A stretch of 64,000 nt of DNA from an uncultured delta proteobacterium (GTDB taxonomy: Bacteria > Desulfobacterota > Binatia > UBA9968), in assembly GCA_963745035.1 (NCBI GenBank), contig CAVUVW010000013.1, forward strand, positions 352,001-416,000, read 5' to 3'. Every line of letters starts with the position of its first letter. Positions within the stretch are counted from its first letter, which is position 1. Shown piece after piece: positions 21,787 through 32,366 of this stretch. Below the pieces are notes generated by a model. That model was given only the letters and a program-made list of their open reading frames with translations. It was not told the origin of the DNA and searched no databases. Both the position numbers and the translations under genes were made by a program.

Positions 21787-21953
21787 GCCGACCTTATTGC
21801 CCCCGGCCCTCTCCACGGCGCCAAATCGAACGCACCGGCGAAAATTTACCGCGCGCAATTGAATGTCTGCCAAAGGAGTGGCATCGTCGCTGGCTGGACA
21901 CTCACGAGTTTTCGCAGCCGACCTTCGGTGCGATCTATCCAGAGCTCCGATCC

Positions 21954-22763
21954 ATGGACGTAGTCAGAATTCCCTATCAGTTTTTGACTTCTCTTTGGCA
22001 TACTACCTGGGAACGCCATCTCTTCGATGATGTGAAAACTTATGTCCTGTTCATCGGCTATCCGCGCAGCGGTCATAGTTTGGTCGGCTTTTTGATGGAC
22101 GCTCATCCCAACGTCATCATCGCGAGCCAGACGAGCGCGCTCAGATATCTCAGACATGGATTCAGCCCGCGCCAGATGTTTTTTTGTATTCTGGAAAACT
22201 CCCGAAAAGTTGCGCGTATCGGCCGGGAGTGGAGGCGTTATTCCTACGCCGTGCCCAATCAGTGGCAGGGTCGCTTTGACAAGCTGCGGGTCATCGGCGA
22301 CTCCACCGGTCTCACGCGCGTGCACAGGAACCCCGACCTTCTAAAAGCGGCGCAGGAAAAGCTCAAAGGCGTCGATCTCAAGCTCATCCACGTGATCCGC
22401 AATCCGTACGACAACATCAGCACGATGAACCGCATCAGGCGCCAACCCTTGGCCGACACCATCGCAGCCTATTTTTCCATGTGCGAGATCGTCGAGCAAA
22501 TCAAGCGGCAAGTCGGGCCCGGCGTCGTGTATGATTTCAAACATGAAAGTTTGATTCGAAATCCGCAGGGCGCGCTCGAAGATCTCTGCGCGTTTTTCGG
22601 CCTAAGCGCCGAGCAACGCTACTACGAGGATTGCGCCAGCATCATCTTCAAATCGCCGCATAAAACCCGCATCGACACCGACTGGAGTCGGGAGGCGATC
22701 GCATCCGTGCGGCAACAAATGGACAGATTCGCTTTTCTCCGCGGATACACCTATGACGATTAG
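21954..22763 (+). CDS. sulfotransferase family protein
   Basis: PAPS loop GYPRSGHSL..L.DAHP; 3'-phosphate motif IHVIRNPYD. Confidence 0.82.
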   Translation: MDVVRIPYQFLTSLWHTTWERHLFDDVKTYVLFIGYPRSGHSLVGFLMDAHPNVIIASQTSALRYLRHGFSPRQMFFCILENSRKVARIGREWRRYSYAVPNQWQGRFDKLRVIGDSTGLTRVHRNPDLLKAAQEKLKGVDLKLIHVIRNPYDNISTMNRIRRQPLADTIAAYFSMCEIVEQIKRQVGPGVVYDFKHESLIRNPQGALEDLCAFFGLSAEQRYYEDCASIIFKSPHKTRIDTDWSREAIASVRQQMDRFAFLRGYTYDD

Positions 22764-22835
22764 CGCGCTTGCGGGCTTTGCCCGGCGAAGCCGATTGCGG
22801 TAGCTACGGTTTTTAATGCCGTTGGAGTTTTCGCC

Positions 22836-23579
22836 ATGCTGCTCAAAGACAAAATCGCCTTGGTCACCGGTTCGACCCACAACATCGGGCTTGCGACTGC
22901 GCGCGCCTTCGCGCGCGAAGGCGCCACGGTGGTCGTGCATTCGCGCCACCAAGACGACGCTAGGAAAATTGCCGGTGAAATCGGCGGCGATTTTTTCGCA
23001 GCCGACGTGGCCGAGCCGAAGCAGATCGCGGCGCTGTTCGAGCACGTCAAACAAAATCACGGCCGGCTCGATATTCTGGTGAACAGCGTGGCGCACTCCT
23101 CCAAGGCCGACGTCCTCGACGTCAGCCTCGAAGAGTGGAGTCGCATCCTGGCCGTGAATCTCACCGGCTATTTTTTGTGCCTGCAGCACGCCGGGAGAAT
23201 GATGAAAGAGCACGGCGGCGGCGCCATCATCAATATTTCCGCCGGCTCCGGCGAGCGCTCGAGTCCGGGCGGCGCGGCTTACTCGGTCTCCAAGGGCGCG
23301 ATCAACTCATTGACCCGGCAAGCAGCGGCCGATCTGGCGCCGACGGTGCGCGTCAACGGCATCATTTCCGGACTGGTCGGCACGCCGATTGGGCAAAAAG
23401 ACATGGGCCAGAGAAAACCGGAATACGATATCATCCCACTGCGCCGCATTGGCCGGCCCGAAGACGTCGCCGAGGCAGCGGTGTTCCTGGCTTCGGCCAA
23501 AGCGAGCTATATCACGAATACGATCCTGCCGGTCGACGGCGGACGCTTGAACGCCATGGGCAGCGGCGCTTCCCGATGA
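22836..23579 (+). CDS. SDR family oxidoreductase
   Basis: TGSTHNIG; YSVSK; VRVN; VDGG. Confidence 0.93.
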   Translation: MLLKDKIALVTGSTHNIGLATARAFAREGATVVVHSRHQDDARKIAGEIGGDFFAADVAEPKQIAALFEHVKQNHGRLDILVNSVAHSSKADVLDVSLEEWSRILAVNLTGYFLCLQHAGRMMKEHGGGAIINISAGSGERSSPGGAAYSVSKGAINSLTRQAAADLAPTVRVNGIISGLVGTPIGQKDMGQRKPEYDIIPLRRIGRPEDVAEAAVFLASAKASYITNTILPVDGGRLNAMGSGASR

Positions 23580-23764
23580 GCGCATTTTGCTAGCGTTTTG
23601 CCGCGTGAGCCGATCTTGGGCTCAACCAATGCCTCGGGGATCCATGAAAACGCCCATGCCGGCGGTTCTCCTCGTGCTATCGTTGAGCACCGCCCGGGCC
23701 TTTTGCGCGTCTAAAATGCTAATCACAATTCACGGATCGTCCGTTGATCATCTGAGGTAAACCA

Positions 23765-24037
23765 ATGAAAACGGCAAAGCTTCACTCGCTGGCATTCGCT
23801 TTCGCATCATTCGCATTGACCAGCTGCACGAGCCAAACCGTAACCATGATTCAGCCGCAGACCGGCGCCACGGCCGAATGCAGCGGTTCGAGTTACGGCT
23901 TCGGTCCGCTGTTCAGCGAAAGTGTCGTCGATAGCTGCGCCCGCGTCTACGAAAGCCGCAGCTACGTGCCGGTGCAGCGTTTGACGGCGGAAGAGCGCGC
24001 GCGTTTGCAAGAACGCGGGCTGCTGCCGAAGGATTAG
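23765..24037 (+). CDS. small lipoprotein, hypothetical
   Basis: GAGG RBS; lipobox LTSC; two further Cys. Confidence 0.7.
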   Translation: MKTAKLHSLAFAFASFALTSCTSQTVTMIQPQTGATAECSGSSYGFGPLFSESVVDSCARVYESRSYVPVQRLTAEERARLQERGLLPKD

Positions 24038-24043
24038 AAAAAA

Positions 24044-25056
24044 TTACCCACCGAGGGAGATCATCTCAATCTTGCGGTGGCTTTTGGGATCGTAGCTTGA
24101 CGATTTGAGGGCTTCCAAGCGCTCCATCGAGTAGCGATCGGTGCGCCCGCGCCAGAGATTGCCGAGAAATTCGGCGATCTCCGCGTCCGACGCGCCGGCG
24201 CGCAGGCGCGCTTTCACGTCATGTCCCAGCTTGCGAAAATAGGCAGGTTACGATTTTGCCATCGGCAGTGAGCCGGATGCGGGTGCAGCTCGAGCAAAAC
24301 GGCTCGGTCACCGAAGCGATGACGCCGATATCGCCGCGGCCGTCGACGAACTCATAATCGACCGACGGCGCGCTGCCCTGATGGCGGCCGACTTCCCGCA
24401 GCGGGTAGCGCGCGTGAATCGTTTCGATGATCTCTTTTTTGGACACCAGTTTCTTCGAGGTCCAATTATTCGAATTGCCGACGTCCATGTATTCGATGAA
24501 GCGCATGCCGAAGCCATGCGCGCGCGAAAAATCGACGAGCGGCAGGATATCGTCGTCGTTGACGCCCCGTTCGACGACCGCGTTGAGTTTGATCGGCGCA
24601 AGTCCGCTCCGTTGGGCGGCAAAAATCCCCTCCAGGACCTTGGTCAGATCGCCGCGCTTGGTCATGCGCTTGAACTTATCGGCATCAAGAGTATCGACGC
24701 TGATATTGATCCGGCGCAGGCCGGCTTGGCGCAGCGCGCCGATGCGTTCGGCGAGCAGCGCGCCGTTGGTGGTGAGACAGAGGTCTTGCAGCCCGGCGAT
24801 CACCGAGAGCTTTTCGATGAGCCGCGGCAAATCCTGGCGCACCAACGGCTCGCCGCCGGTCAGGCGAATTTTCTCGACCCCCAAGCCCACGAATAAGCCG
24901 AGCTAAACGGGCGATTTCCTCGAAGGTGAGAATTTCCTTCTTGTCGATCCACTCGTACTCGTCCAGCGGCATGCAATAACTGCAGCGGAAGTTGCACCGG
25001 TCGGTCACCGAGATGCGCAGATCCTTGAGCGCTCGATTATAGGAATCGCGAAGCAT
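24044..25056 (-). CDS. moaA: GTP 3',8-cyclase MoaA (two frameshifts, at about 24895 and 24230)
   Basis: [16 protein letters not shown]; LTGGEPL; [16 protein letters not shown]; C-terminal M..LGG* in a third frame. Confidence 0.92.
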
Positions 25057-25159
25057 GAATCTTCAATATGCAATAAAGGGGTAGGGGGCGCAAGTTGGCC
25101 CGTGCCGCGCAAAAACCAAACTATGCCGCTTTCCGGCGATCTGCTATCCTAGCCGGCGC

Positions 25160-26690
25160 ATGAGTTTGCGCCAGCAACAAGCGGCGGTCTTTTGCGCGAC
25201 CGTGGCGGTGATTTTCGGCCTGCTCGGCGCAGGCATATGGCTGATCGCCCAGCGGCTCACCACCGAAGCGACCCTGCAAACCGCGTTGTTGATGGCGCGC
25301 CAGGTGGAGATCGCCCTGGCGGACAGCTTGCGCGAGCGCTCGATCGTCGTGCAACCGCGGCAGAGCCAAAGATCCTCTTCATCGTTTTGGGACTTTCTCG
25401 GCAATCTGCTGCCCGGGCAAAGCTCCAGCAGGCCGACCGGCGGCGCGCGGCGCTACACGCCGCCGCGCCACGCCGAAGTCAAAGGTCTGATGCAGGCATT
25501 CCTCGATCGCAGCGCGAGCATCGAAGCCATGTGGGTCGTCAATGCCGAGGGCAAGCTGCTCTACGGCTCCCTTGACGGCGATAAAACTCCGGCCGACGAA
25601 GCGATCCTGGAAAAACTCCGGCGCGGCGAGACCATCGTCAACTCGCGGCGCCAGGGGGATCTCGACCACTACGACGTCTGGGTGCCGCTGCAAATGCCCG
25701 CCGGGGTGCGCAGCCCAGGCGGTTTGCGGCTTTGGCTCAATCCCGCCGACTGGACCGGGCTCTTGTCCGGACTCTGGCGCCAGTTCATTTTGCTTTTTGT
25801 TCTGGGCGGCGTCGTCGCTCTGCTCAGCGCGTTTTTGACCACCGCGCTCTACACTCGGCGGTTTCGTTTGATCAGCGACACCCTGCGCCAGGCCGAAACC
25901 GGCACCTACGCGGCCCGGCCGCGCTACGCCGGCCATGACGAAGTCGGCGCCAGCCTGGATTTGATCGACCGGTTGGTCATGCGCCAGCGTCGGAGCGTCG
26001 GCGCGCCCGCGCCGGTGCAGCGGCTGGCGATCGCCGCGCGGACGCTCGCGCACGAGGTGAAAACGCCGCTCAACGCCCTGGCGATCCATCTCGAAGTGCT
26101 GCGCGACCGGCTCGGGGCGGCGAGCGACGGCGAGCAAGCGCAGCGCTCGCTCTCGGCCGTCGATTCGAGCGTGCGCCAGGTCGATCGCCTGGTGCGCGAT
26201 TTCACCGACTACTCGGCGCCGGTGACCATGGAGCGCCAGTCGATCGACTTGGCCGAGGTGCTCGAACACGAGCCTCGAAGCGGTCAGCTCGACGTGTGCG
26301 ATGAAGAAGATTTCTTTGGCCAAAGAGCTCGCGCCCAAGCCCTGGCCCGTGCTTGGCGACGCCTCGCGGCTGCGCCAGAGTTTTGATAACTTGCTGCGCA
26401 ACGCCATGGAAGCCCAGCCCGACGGCGGCGAGATCGTCGTGAGCGCGAACAAAAACGGTCAGGAACTGATCGTCGACATCAGCGATGCCGGACCCGGGGT
26501 GCCGCCGGACCGGCGCGCGGAATTATTCGAATTCGGCAAGACTACCAAACCCGGCGGTAGCGGCATCGGTCTGCCACTGAGCCAGTTGATCGTCGAGTCG
26601 CACGGCGGCTCTTTGATTTACCGGGACCGCAACGACGCGACCGGCGGCGCCACGTTTCGCGTGACCCTACCCCTGGAGGCGGCGCAATAA
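25160..26690 (+). CDS. membrane sensor histidine kinase (frameshift at about 26268)
   Basis: two TM helices flanking an extracytoplasmic domain; H-box LAHEVKTPLN; NLLRNA, D.GPG, GSGIGL boxes in the second frame. Confidence 0.9.
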
Positions 26691-28047
26691 TGGCGCGCTC
26701 CCGACCAACCGTGCTCGTGGTCGACGACGACGACGCCACGCGCGACGGTCTCATCACGCTGCTGGAAAGTTGGGGCTATACGGCAAGCGCGGCCGCGGAC
26801 GGCAAAGACGCGCTCAAGCATTGCGAGGAGGCGCTGCCTCACGCCATCGTCACCGACCTGATGATGCCGGGGATGAACGGCCTGGAGTTCGTCGGCGCGC
26901 TCGGCGAGCGCGCGCAGGAGATCGCGATCATCTTCGTGACCGGCCAGGCGACCATCGATACGGCCGTGCAGGCGATCAAGCTCGGCGCCTACGATTATCT
27001 GCCCAAGCCGCTTGAGCCGCACGCGCTTTCGCGATGTGCTCGAAAAGGGGCTGAAGCAGATCGCCCTGGCGCGCGAGGCGGGCGCGCTGCGCCAACGGCT
27101 CGAGTCGCCGCTAGGGTCCTACGGCGCCTTGATCGGCAAGTCCGCGCCCATGCGCCGACTCTACCAGCAGATCGGCCAGATCGCCGCGACCGACGCGGCA
27201 GTGTTGGTCAGCGGTGAGAGCGGCACGGGCAAGGAGCTGGTGGCGCGCACCCTGCACGACTTGTCGCCGCGCCGCGAGGGGGAATTTTTGGCGCTCAATT
27301 GCGCGGCGATCTCGCCGACTTTGATGGAGAGCGAGCTCTTCGGCCATGAGAAGGGCGCCTTCACCAGCGCCGTCGACCGTCATCTCGGCTGCTTCGAGCA
27401 AGCCGACGGCGGCACGCTCTTCCTCGACGAGATCACCGAGATGGCGCTCGAAATTCAGCCTAAGTTTTTGCGCGTGCTCGAAGAAAACCAGATCCGCCGC
27501 ATCGGCGGCAGCAAGAGCATCGCCGTCTCGGTGCGGCTGGTCGCCGCCACCAACCGCCAGCCGCCCGCTGCGGTGAAAGAAGGAAAGCTCCGCCAGGATC
27601 TGTTTCTATCGCCTGAACGTCTTTCATCTCGAGCTGCCCTCCCTGCGCGAGCGCGGCGAGGACATCCCGCTGCTCGCCGGCTATTTCCTCGAGTCCTTCG
27701 CGGCCAAATACCAACGCCCGGTTCTCCCTTGGGCCGGCGATTTCGCGCCGGCGCTGCTCGCGCATAGCTGGCCGGGCAACGTTCGCGAATTGCGCAACGC
27801 CATGGAGCGCCTCACGGTGCTGACGGCGGGAGCGGATTTGAGCGCCGCCGATTTTCGCCAATATTGCCTGACCGCGGTGGTCGACGAGCCGACCGACCGC
27901 GCGCCGATATCGCTGGCCGAAGCCGAGCGTCAAGCCATCGAGCGCGCGCTCACCGCCACCGGCGGCAACAAGACCCACGCGGCGCAGATTCTCGGCATCA
28001 CCCCGAAAACGCTCAACGCCAAACTCGCCCTGTATTCCAAAGAGTAG
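26690..28047 (+). CDS. sigma54-dependent NtrC-family response regulator (frameshifts at about 27020 and 27605)
   Basis: REC domain (VDDD, DLMMP, KP); GESGTGKE; [15 protein letters not shown]; LFLDEI; WPGNVREL; Fis HTH. Confidence 0.92.
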
Positions 28048-28074
28048 TTTTTTCCGCCGTTTGGAATTTTTTCC
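28044..28074. promoter_or_regulatory. putative tandem enhancer (UAS) sites A
   Basis: GTAGTTTTTTCC-N7-GGAATTTTTTCC, about 55 nt upstream of a sigma54 motif; same architecture at 28969-28999. Confidence 0.5.
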
Positions 28075-28128
28075 TCGCCGCAGGCGCCGGCGCCGTGGAA
28101 ACTCCGGGCGATTGTCACGGAAGTTTGG

Positions 28129-28144
28129 TGGCATGGCCGTTGCT
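28129..28144 (+). promoter_or_regulatory. sigma54 promoter
   Basis: TGGCATGGCCGTTGCT. Confidence 0.8.
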
Positions 28145-28201
28145 CGATTCAAAAAACGGCCGGCCAATCGTCTAACTCAACGCCGACGCGAGGAGCGAAC
28201 G

Positions 28202-28882
28202 ATGAAAAATCCGACAAAACTGCTTGCGCCTTTCGCCGCCATCATCGTCTTCAGCGCCGCGGTGAACGCGGCTTCATTTCGAGAACATCCGGACGACCGG
28301 GAACCTTCCACGGCGCGGCGCCCGTATGCGGCCGGCCGCGCCGAGCAGCAGCTGTCGCGCGTCCGCGCGGTGATGCTGCCGCTCTTACGCGTAACCAATC
28401 ACCGGATATCGGCGGAGGAGATCGAGGTATCGATCGTCGACGATCCGGCGATCAACGCAGCCACCGCCGGCGCCGGGCGCTACTTCGTCACTACCGGTCT
28501 GTTGAAGCGCGCCACCGACGATCAATTGCGCGGCGTCTTGGCCCATGAAATCGCCCACGAGGACCTCGGCCACCCGGCAAAAGCCCAGGTAATCGGCACA
28601 GGATTGAGTATCGGCGCCGCGTTGCTGGAACAGTTAATTCCAGGCAGCGGTGCGCTTGCGCCGATTGCCGGCACGCTGATCAGCAACAATTACACCCGCC
28701 CGCTGGAGCTCGAAGCCGATCGCCATGCGGTGGCGCTGCTCGAGCGCGCGGGTTACTCCAGGCGCACGATGGTCGACACTCTCGCTTGGCTGATGCGCCG
28801 CAACGGCGACAGCGGCGGCGGCGTCCTGTCGAGCCATCCGGCAACCTCCGAGCGCATTCAAGCCCTACAGTCGCTCCGCTAG
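28202..28882 (+). CDS. exported M48 family metalloprotease
   Basis: GAGGAG RBS; signal peptide; INAA; LAHEIAH; ELEAD; SHP..ERI. Confidence 0.9.
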   Translation: MKNPTKLLAPFAAIIVFSAAVNAASFREHPDDREPSTARRPYAAGRAEQQLSRVRAVMLPLLRVTNHRISAEEIEVSIVDDPAINAATAGAGRYFVTTGLLKRATDDQLRGVLAHEIAHEDLGHPAKAQVIGTGLSIGAALLEQLIPGSGALAPIAGTLISNNYTRPLELEADRHAVALLERAGYSRRTMVDTLAWLMRRNGDSGGGVLSSHPATSERIQALQSLR

Positions 28883-28968
28883 GCCTATTCAAGCTTTTAC
28901 CGTCACTGGCAAATAGTGACGGGCCATCGAGCAGCATAAAGCTCTCTCAAAGAGCCGACTGCCACCGT

Positions 28969-28999
28969 GTAATTTCTCCCACGAGGGGACATTTTTACC
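28969..28999. promoter_or_regulatory. putative tandem enhancer (UAS) sites B
   Basis: GTAATTTCTCCC-N7-GACATTTTTACC, about 57 nt upstream of a sigma54 motif. Confidence 0.5.
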
Positions 29000-29055
29000 C
29001 GCGCGAAAAATCCGTCGGCCGTACGTAAGTCATTAAAATCATATCTCTTTTTAGC

Positions 29056-29071
29056 TGGCACCGGCGTTGCT
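29056..29071 (+). promoter_or_regulatory. sigma54 promoter
   Basis: TGGCACCGGCGTTGCT (perfect consensus); IHF-like TAAGTCATTAAAAT upstream. Confidence 0.85.
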
Positions 29072-29101
29072 CTATATCGCACCAGGAAAGAGGGAATCAT
29101 T

Positions 29102-29275
29102 ATGAAGAAAATACCTGTCAACACGAGCAAGACTCCCGCGGCAACAGCCAATTTCGCGGCAATCCTGGGGATCGCCGCGGAGATGGTCCGACGCTTGAAC
29201 GCGAATATTTCCAAGGTTCAACTGCAGCCGATGCACAGCGCATTGCTGGCGGCCAAGGAATCGGCGCAGAACTAG
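29102..29275 (+). CDS. 57-aa hypothetical protein (MKKIPVNTSK...AKESAQN)
   Basis: GAGGG RBS; first ORF after the sigma54 promoter; not in the ORF track. Confidence 0.5.
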   Translation: MKKIPVNTSKTPAATANFAAILGIAAEMVRRLNANISKVQLQPMHSALLAAKESAQN

Positions 29276-29305
29276 AAAGCGTGACGCCGACAACCGGAGA
29301 AAACG

Positions 29306-29596
29306 ATGAGACCGGCGCATGCACTCACGGTCGTAACTTTGGCGGTGCTCCTTAGCGCTTTCGCCGGCCCGGGTTTCGGCGCCGCAGCCGGAAATGGCGC
29401 TGGCGAACGGAGAAAAGCCGCCGAACATGCGCGCGAGCGCGGGCGGCACAATGCCAATACGCAGTGGTCGGCGGATCCCGATCGCGGTTGGGTGCGCGCC
29501 GAGGATCGGCAGCGGCGTGAAAGAGGCGATTCTCCTGAACGAGGCAAACACAAGAACGGCCATCCGAAAGGCAAGGGAAAATCGCGAAAGTCCTAG
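29306..29596 (+). CDS. secreted low-complexity basic protein
   Basis: GGAG RBS; signal peptide; NTQWSADPDRGWVRAE core; K/G-rich tail. Confidence 0.65.
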   Translation: MRPAHALTVVTLAVLLSAFAGPGFGAAAGNGAGERRKAAEHARERGRHNANTQWSADPDRGWVRAEDRQRRERGDSPERGKHKNGHPKGKGKSRKS

Positions 29597-29618
29597 GTAC
29601 CAACGAAGAGGAGGAGAC

Positions 29619-29972
29619 ATGTCAAGCCTGGCAAAACGTATGAAAGCGACTGGAGTAATAGTGATCGCGGCCACCCTCGTGCTAGCCGGCTGCGCCGGCG
29701 GGCCGCTCAGCACCCGCGAAAAAGGCGCCGGCATCGGTGCGCTCGGCGGCGCCGCGGCTGGCGGGATCATCGGCTCGGCGGTGGGCAGTCCGGGCGCCGG
29801 CGCGGCGATCGGCGGCGCTCTGGGTTTGGGCGCCGGCGCGTTGGTTGGCGATCAGTTGCAAGGCCACGAGAATACCAACTACCAGCAACAGCAACAGATC
29901 AACCGTAATCAGGCGGAAATCGACCGCAACCGCCAGCAGATTCAACGCCTGCAGCGGCAAAAGGAATACTAA
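29619..29972 (+). CDS. glycine-zipper lipoprotein
   Basis: GAGGAG RBS; lipobox LAGC; GAGIGALGGAAAGGIIG..GAAIGGALG; Q-rich coiled coil. Confidence 0.88.
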   Translation: MSSLAKRMKATGVIVIAATLVLAGCAGGPLSTREKGAGIGALGGAAAGGIIGSAVGSPGAGAAIGGALGLGAGALVGDQLQGHENTNYQQQQQINRNQAEIDRNRQQIQRLQRQKEY

Positions 29973-30051
29973 CCTCTGCGACCGGCACGCCCCTCAGGAA
30001 CCCTGCCCGACAAGCCACTCTCTGACGCTGCGTTCTTCATGATCACCCTCC

Positions 30052-30092
30052 CCGCTCGGCGGAGTGCACCCCGCTCCGCCGAGCGGCTCTTT
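30052..30092 (+). terminator. probable intrinsic terminator
   Basis: CCGCTCGGCGGAG..CTCCGCCGAGCGG followed by CTCTTT. Confidence 0.65.
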
Positions 30093-30259
30093 CAGAATAA
30101 ACTTTTCCGCCTGAAACACTTGAGCATCCGACTGCAAGAGCAAGCGTTTCCATCGGCGCAATGTTGTGAATACGCGTGCGATTGTTGACACCGGCGCAGC
30201 CCTCCGATTAAGCTCCGGCCAGCGAAAAAATTCCGACGAAGATCTGAAGGAGGACTGCC

Positions 30260-31265
30260 ATGAACACGATCGATGCCGACGGCCACATTGTCGAAAAAGA
30301 TACTGATATACGAAAACGCTTGCCCGAGCCTTACTCAAAACGCACCGGCGGACTGCTGCCGTCCGATGGCATGGACACCAACATGGGCGGCGCGCTCGGC
30401 GGACTGGAAAAAAACGATCTGCCGACCCGGCTCCGCGATATGGACACCGAGGGCATCGACGTTTCGGTGCTGTTTCCGACCAGCAGTTTTTCCGTGAATA
30501 GCATGGTCGAGCGCGACTACGCTGTCGCCTACGCGCGCGCCTACAACGATTTTATCGCCGAGGTGTGCAGCCAGACCCCGCGTCTTAAGGCCGTCGCGCT
30601 GGTGCCGCTGCAAGATCCGCAAGCGGCGGTGGCGGAAGCCAACCGCGCCGTCACCAAGCTCGGCCTATCTTCGATCGCCGTGGCCACTCAGGGCATGAAG
30701 GAGCATCTCGGTGCGCAAACTTTCTGGCCGCTTTATGAAGAGCTCGAGCGCCTCAACGTGCCGTTTTGCGTCCACAACCGGCGCGAGGGCCCGGCGGGCG
30801 AGATCCGCTTCGACAGTTTTATTTTCATGCATACCATCGGCCGGCCGGTGGAGACGTTCATTCAGTTCGCCGGGCTTGATGTACGGCGGCGTCGCCGAGC
30901 GCTTTCCCAAACTGCGCATCGCCTTTCTCGAATGCGGCGTCGGTTGGGTGCCATATTGGATGGAACGCATGGATGAAGAGTGGGAAAAGCGCGGCAAGGT
31001 CGAAACGCCCCTTTGCAAAAACAAACCGAGCGAATACGTCAAGCACGGCAACTGGTTTTTCGCCATGGAGCCGGAAGAAGAGACTTTGCCCTACGTCGCC
31101 GAACGGATCGGCGACGACAAGATTATCTTTGCCTCCGACTATCCGCATTGGGACGGCATCTTTCCTCATGTGGTCTCGACGATCCGCGGGCGCAAAGATA
31201 TTTCCGAGTCGACCAAGAAAAAAGTTCTGGGCGAGAACGCCAAGCGGTTTTACGGCTGGCAATAG
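30260..31265 (+). CDS. amidohydrolase_2 family protein (frameshift at about 30875)
   Basis: IDADGH; ARAYND; ERFPKLRIAFLECG.GW; FASDYPHWD. Confidence 0.9.
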
Positions 31266-31266
31266 C

Positions 31267-32272
31267 ATGCCGTCGCGCTGGATCGCCTGCCTGCTGCTGG
31301 CGCTCAGCGCCGTCCCGTGGGCGGCTCGCGCTGAAAGCGCGGACGCCCCGCCGGCGCGCAAGGTGCGCATGGCGTTCACCTCGCTCTCGTCGGTGATGTG
31401 CCCGCCGTGGATCGCCCGCGAAGCCGGTATTTTCACCAAGCACGGCTTGGACGTGGAGGTGATCGCGACCCCGACCGGCGTCGAGGGGATGAACGCGCTC
31501 ATCGCCGGCGAAGTGCAGTTTTTGCAGATTTCCGGCGGCACCACGGCAAGCGCCGCGCTCGGCGGGGCCGATGTCATCGTCGTTGGCACCACGCTCGATT
31601 CCCTGGTGCAAAGTTTGATGGTGCGGCCGGAGATCGACAAAGCCGAGCAACTCAAGGGCAAGGCGCTCGGCATTACGCGATTCGGCACCTCGATCGACGT
31701 CGGCGCTCGTCTGGCCCTGCGTCATTTCGGCCTGGTGCCGGAAAAAGATGTCGCCATCGTTCAAGTCGGCGGCATGGAATCGATGGTCACGGCTCTGCAA
31801 ACCAACCGCATTCAAGCCGGCATTCTTTCTTATCCGGCAATCACGCAAGCTCTCAAGCTCGGCAACCGCGTGCTGCTCGACGTGGCCTCGCTCGGCGTTC
31901 CCTATGCTTTCACCGGCATGACCACGCGCGGGCGGTTGATTCGCGAGGACGCCGATCTGGTGCGCCGCTACATGATGGCGCAAACCGAAGCCATCGCCCG
32001 CGCCAAACGCGACAAGAATTTCGCTGTGAAAGTCATGGGCAAGTATTTGCGCACGGCGGATCCGGCGGCGCTCGCGGAGTCCTACGAGATCGACGTGCAA
32101 AAATATATGCTGCGCGCCCCGCTCACCACCGCCGCAGGCGATGAAATCGGTGCTCGACGATCTCGCCGCTCGAATTCCCAAGGCCAAAGACGCCGAGCCG
32201 CGAAAGTTCTTCGACGATTCCTTCGTGCGCCAGATGCAATCGAGCGGTTTTATCGACGCCCTCTACCGGTGA
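31267..32272 (+). CDS. ABC substrate-binding protein, NMT1/SsuA-like (frameshift at about 32135)
   Basis: signal peptide; WIAREAGIF.KHGLDVE; LKGKALGITRFG; DDSFV..SGFIDALY in the shifted frame. Confidence 0.88.
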
Positions 32273-32366
32273 AGCTCGCGTGCATTCGCCTCCTCACTCC
32301 CGCGGTTGAATCCGCGCTTCCCCGCTTGTTATAAACGAGCTGGAGCAACACGACGGAGGTACCCAG

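Noticed and set aside
28903-29770. Minus-strand ORFs 28903-29214 and 29072-29770
   Set aside because: They overlap a perfect plus-strand sigma54 promoter and plus-strand ORFs with RBS and signal peptides.
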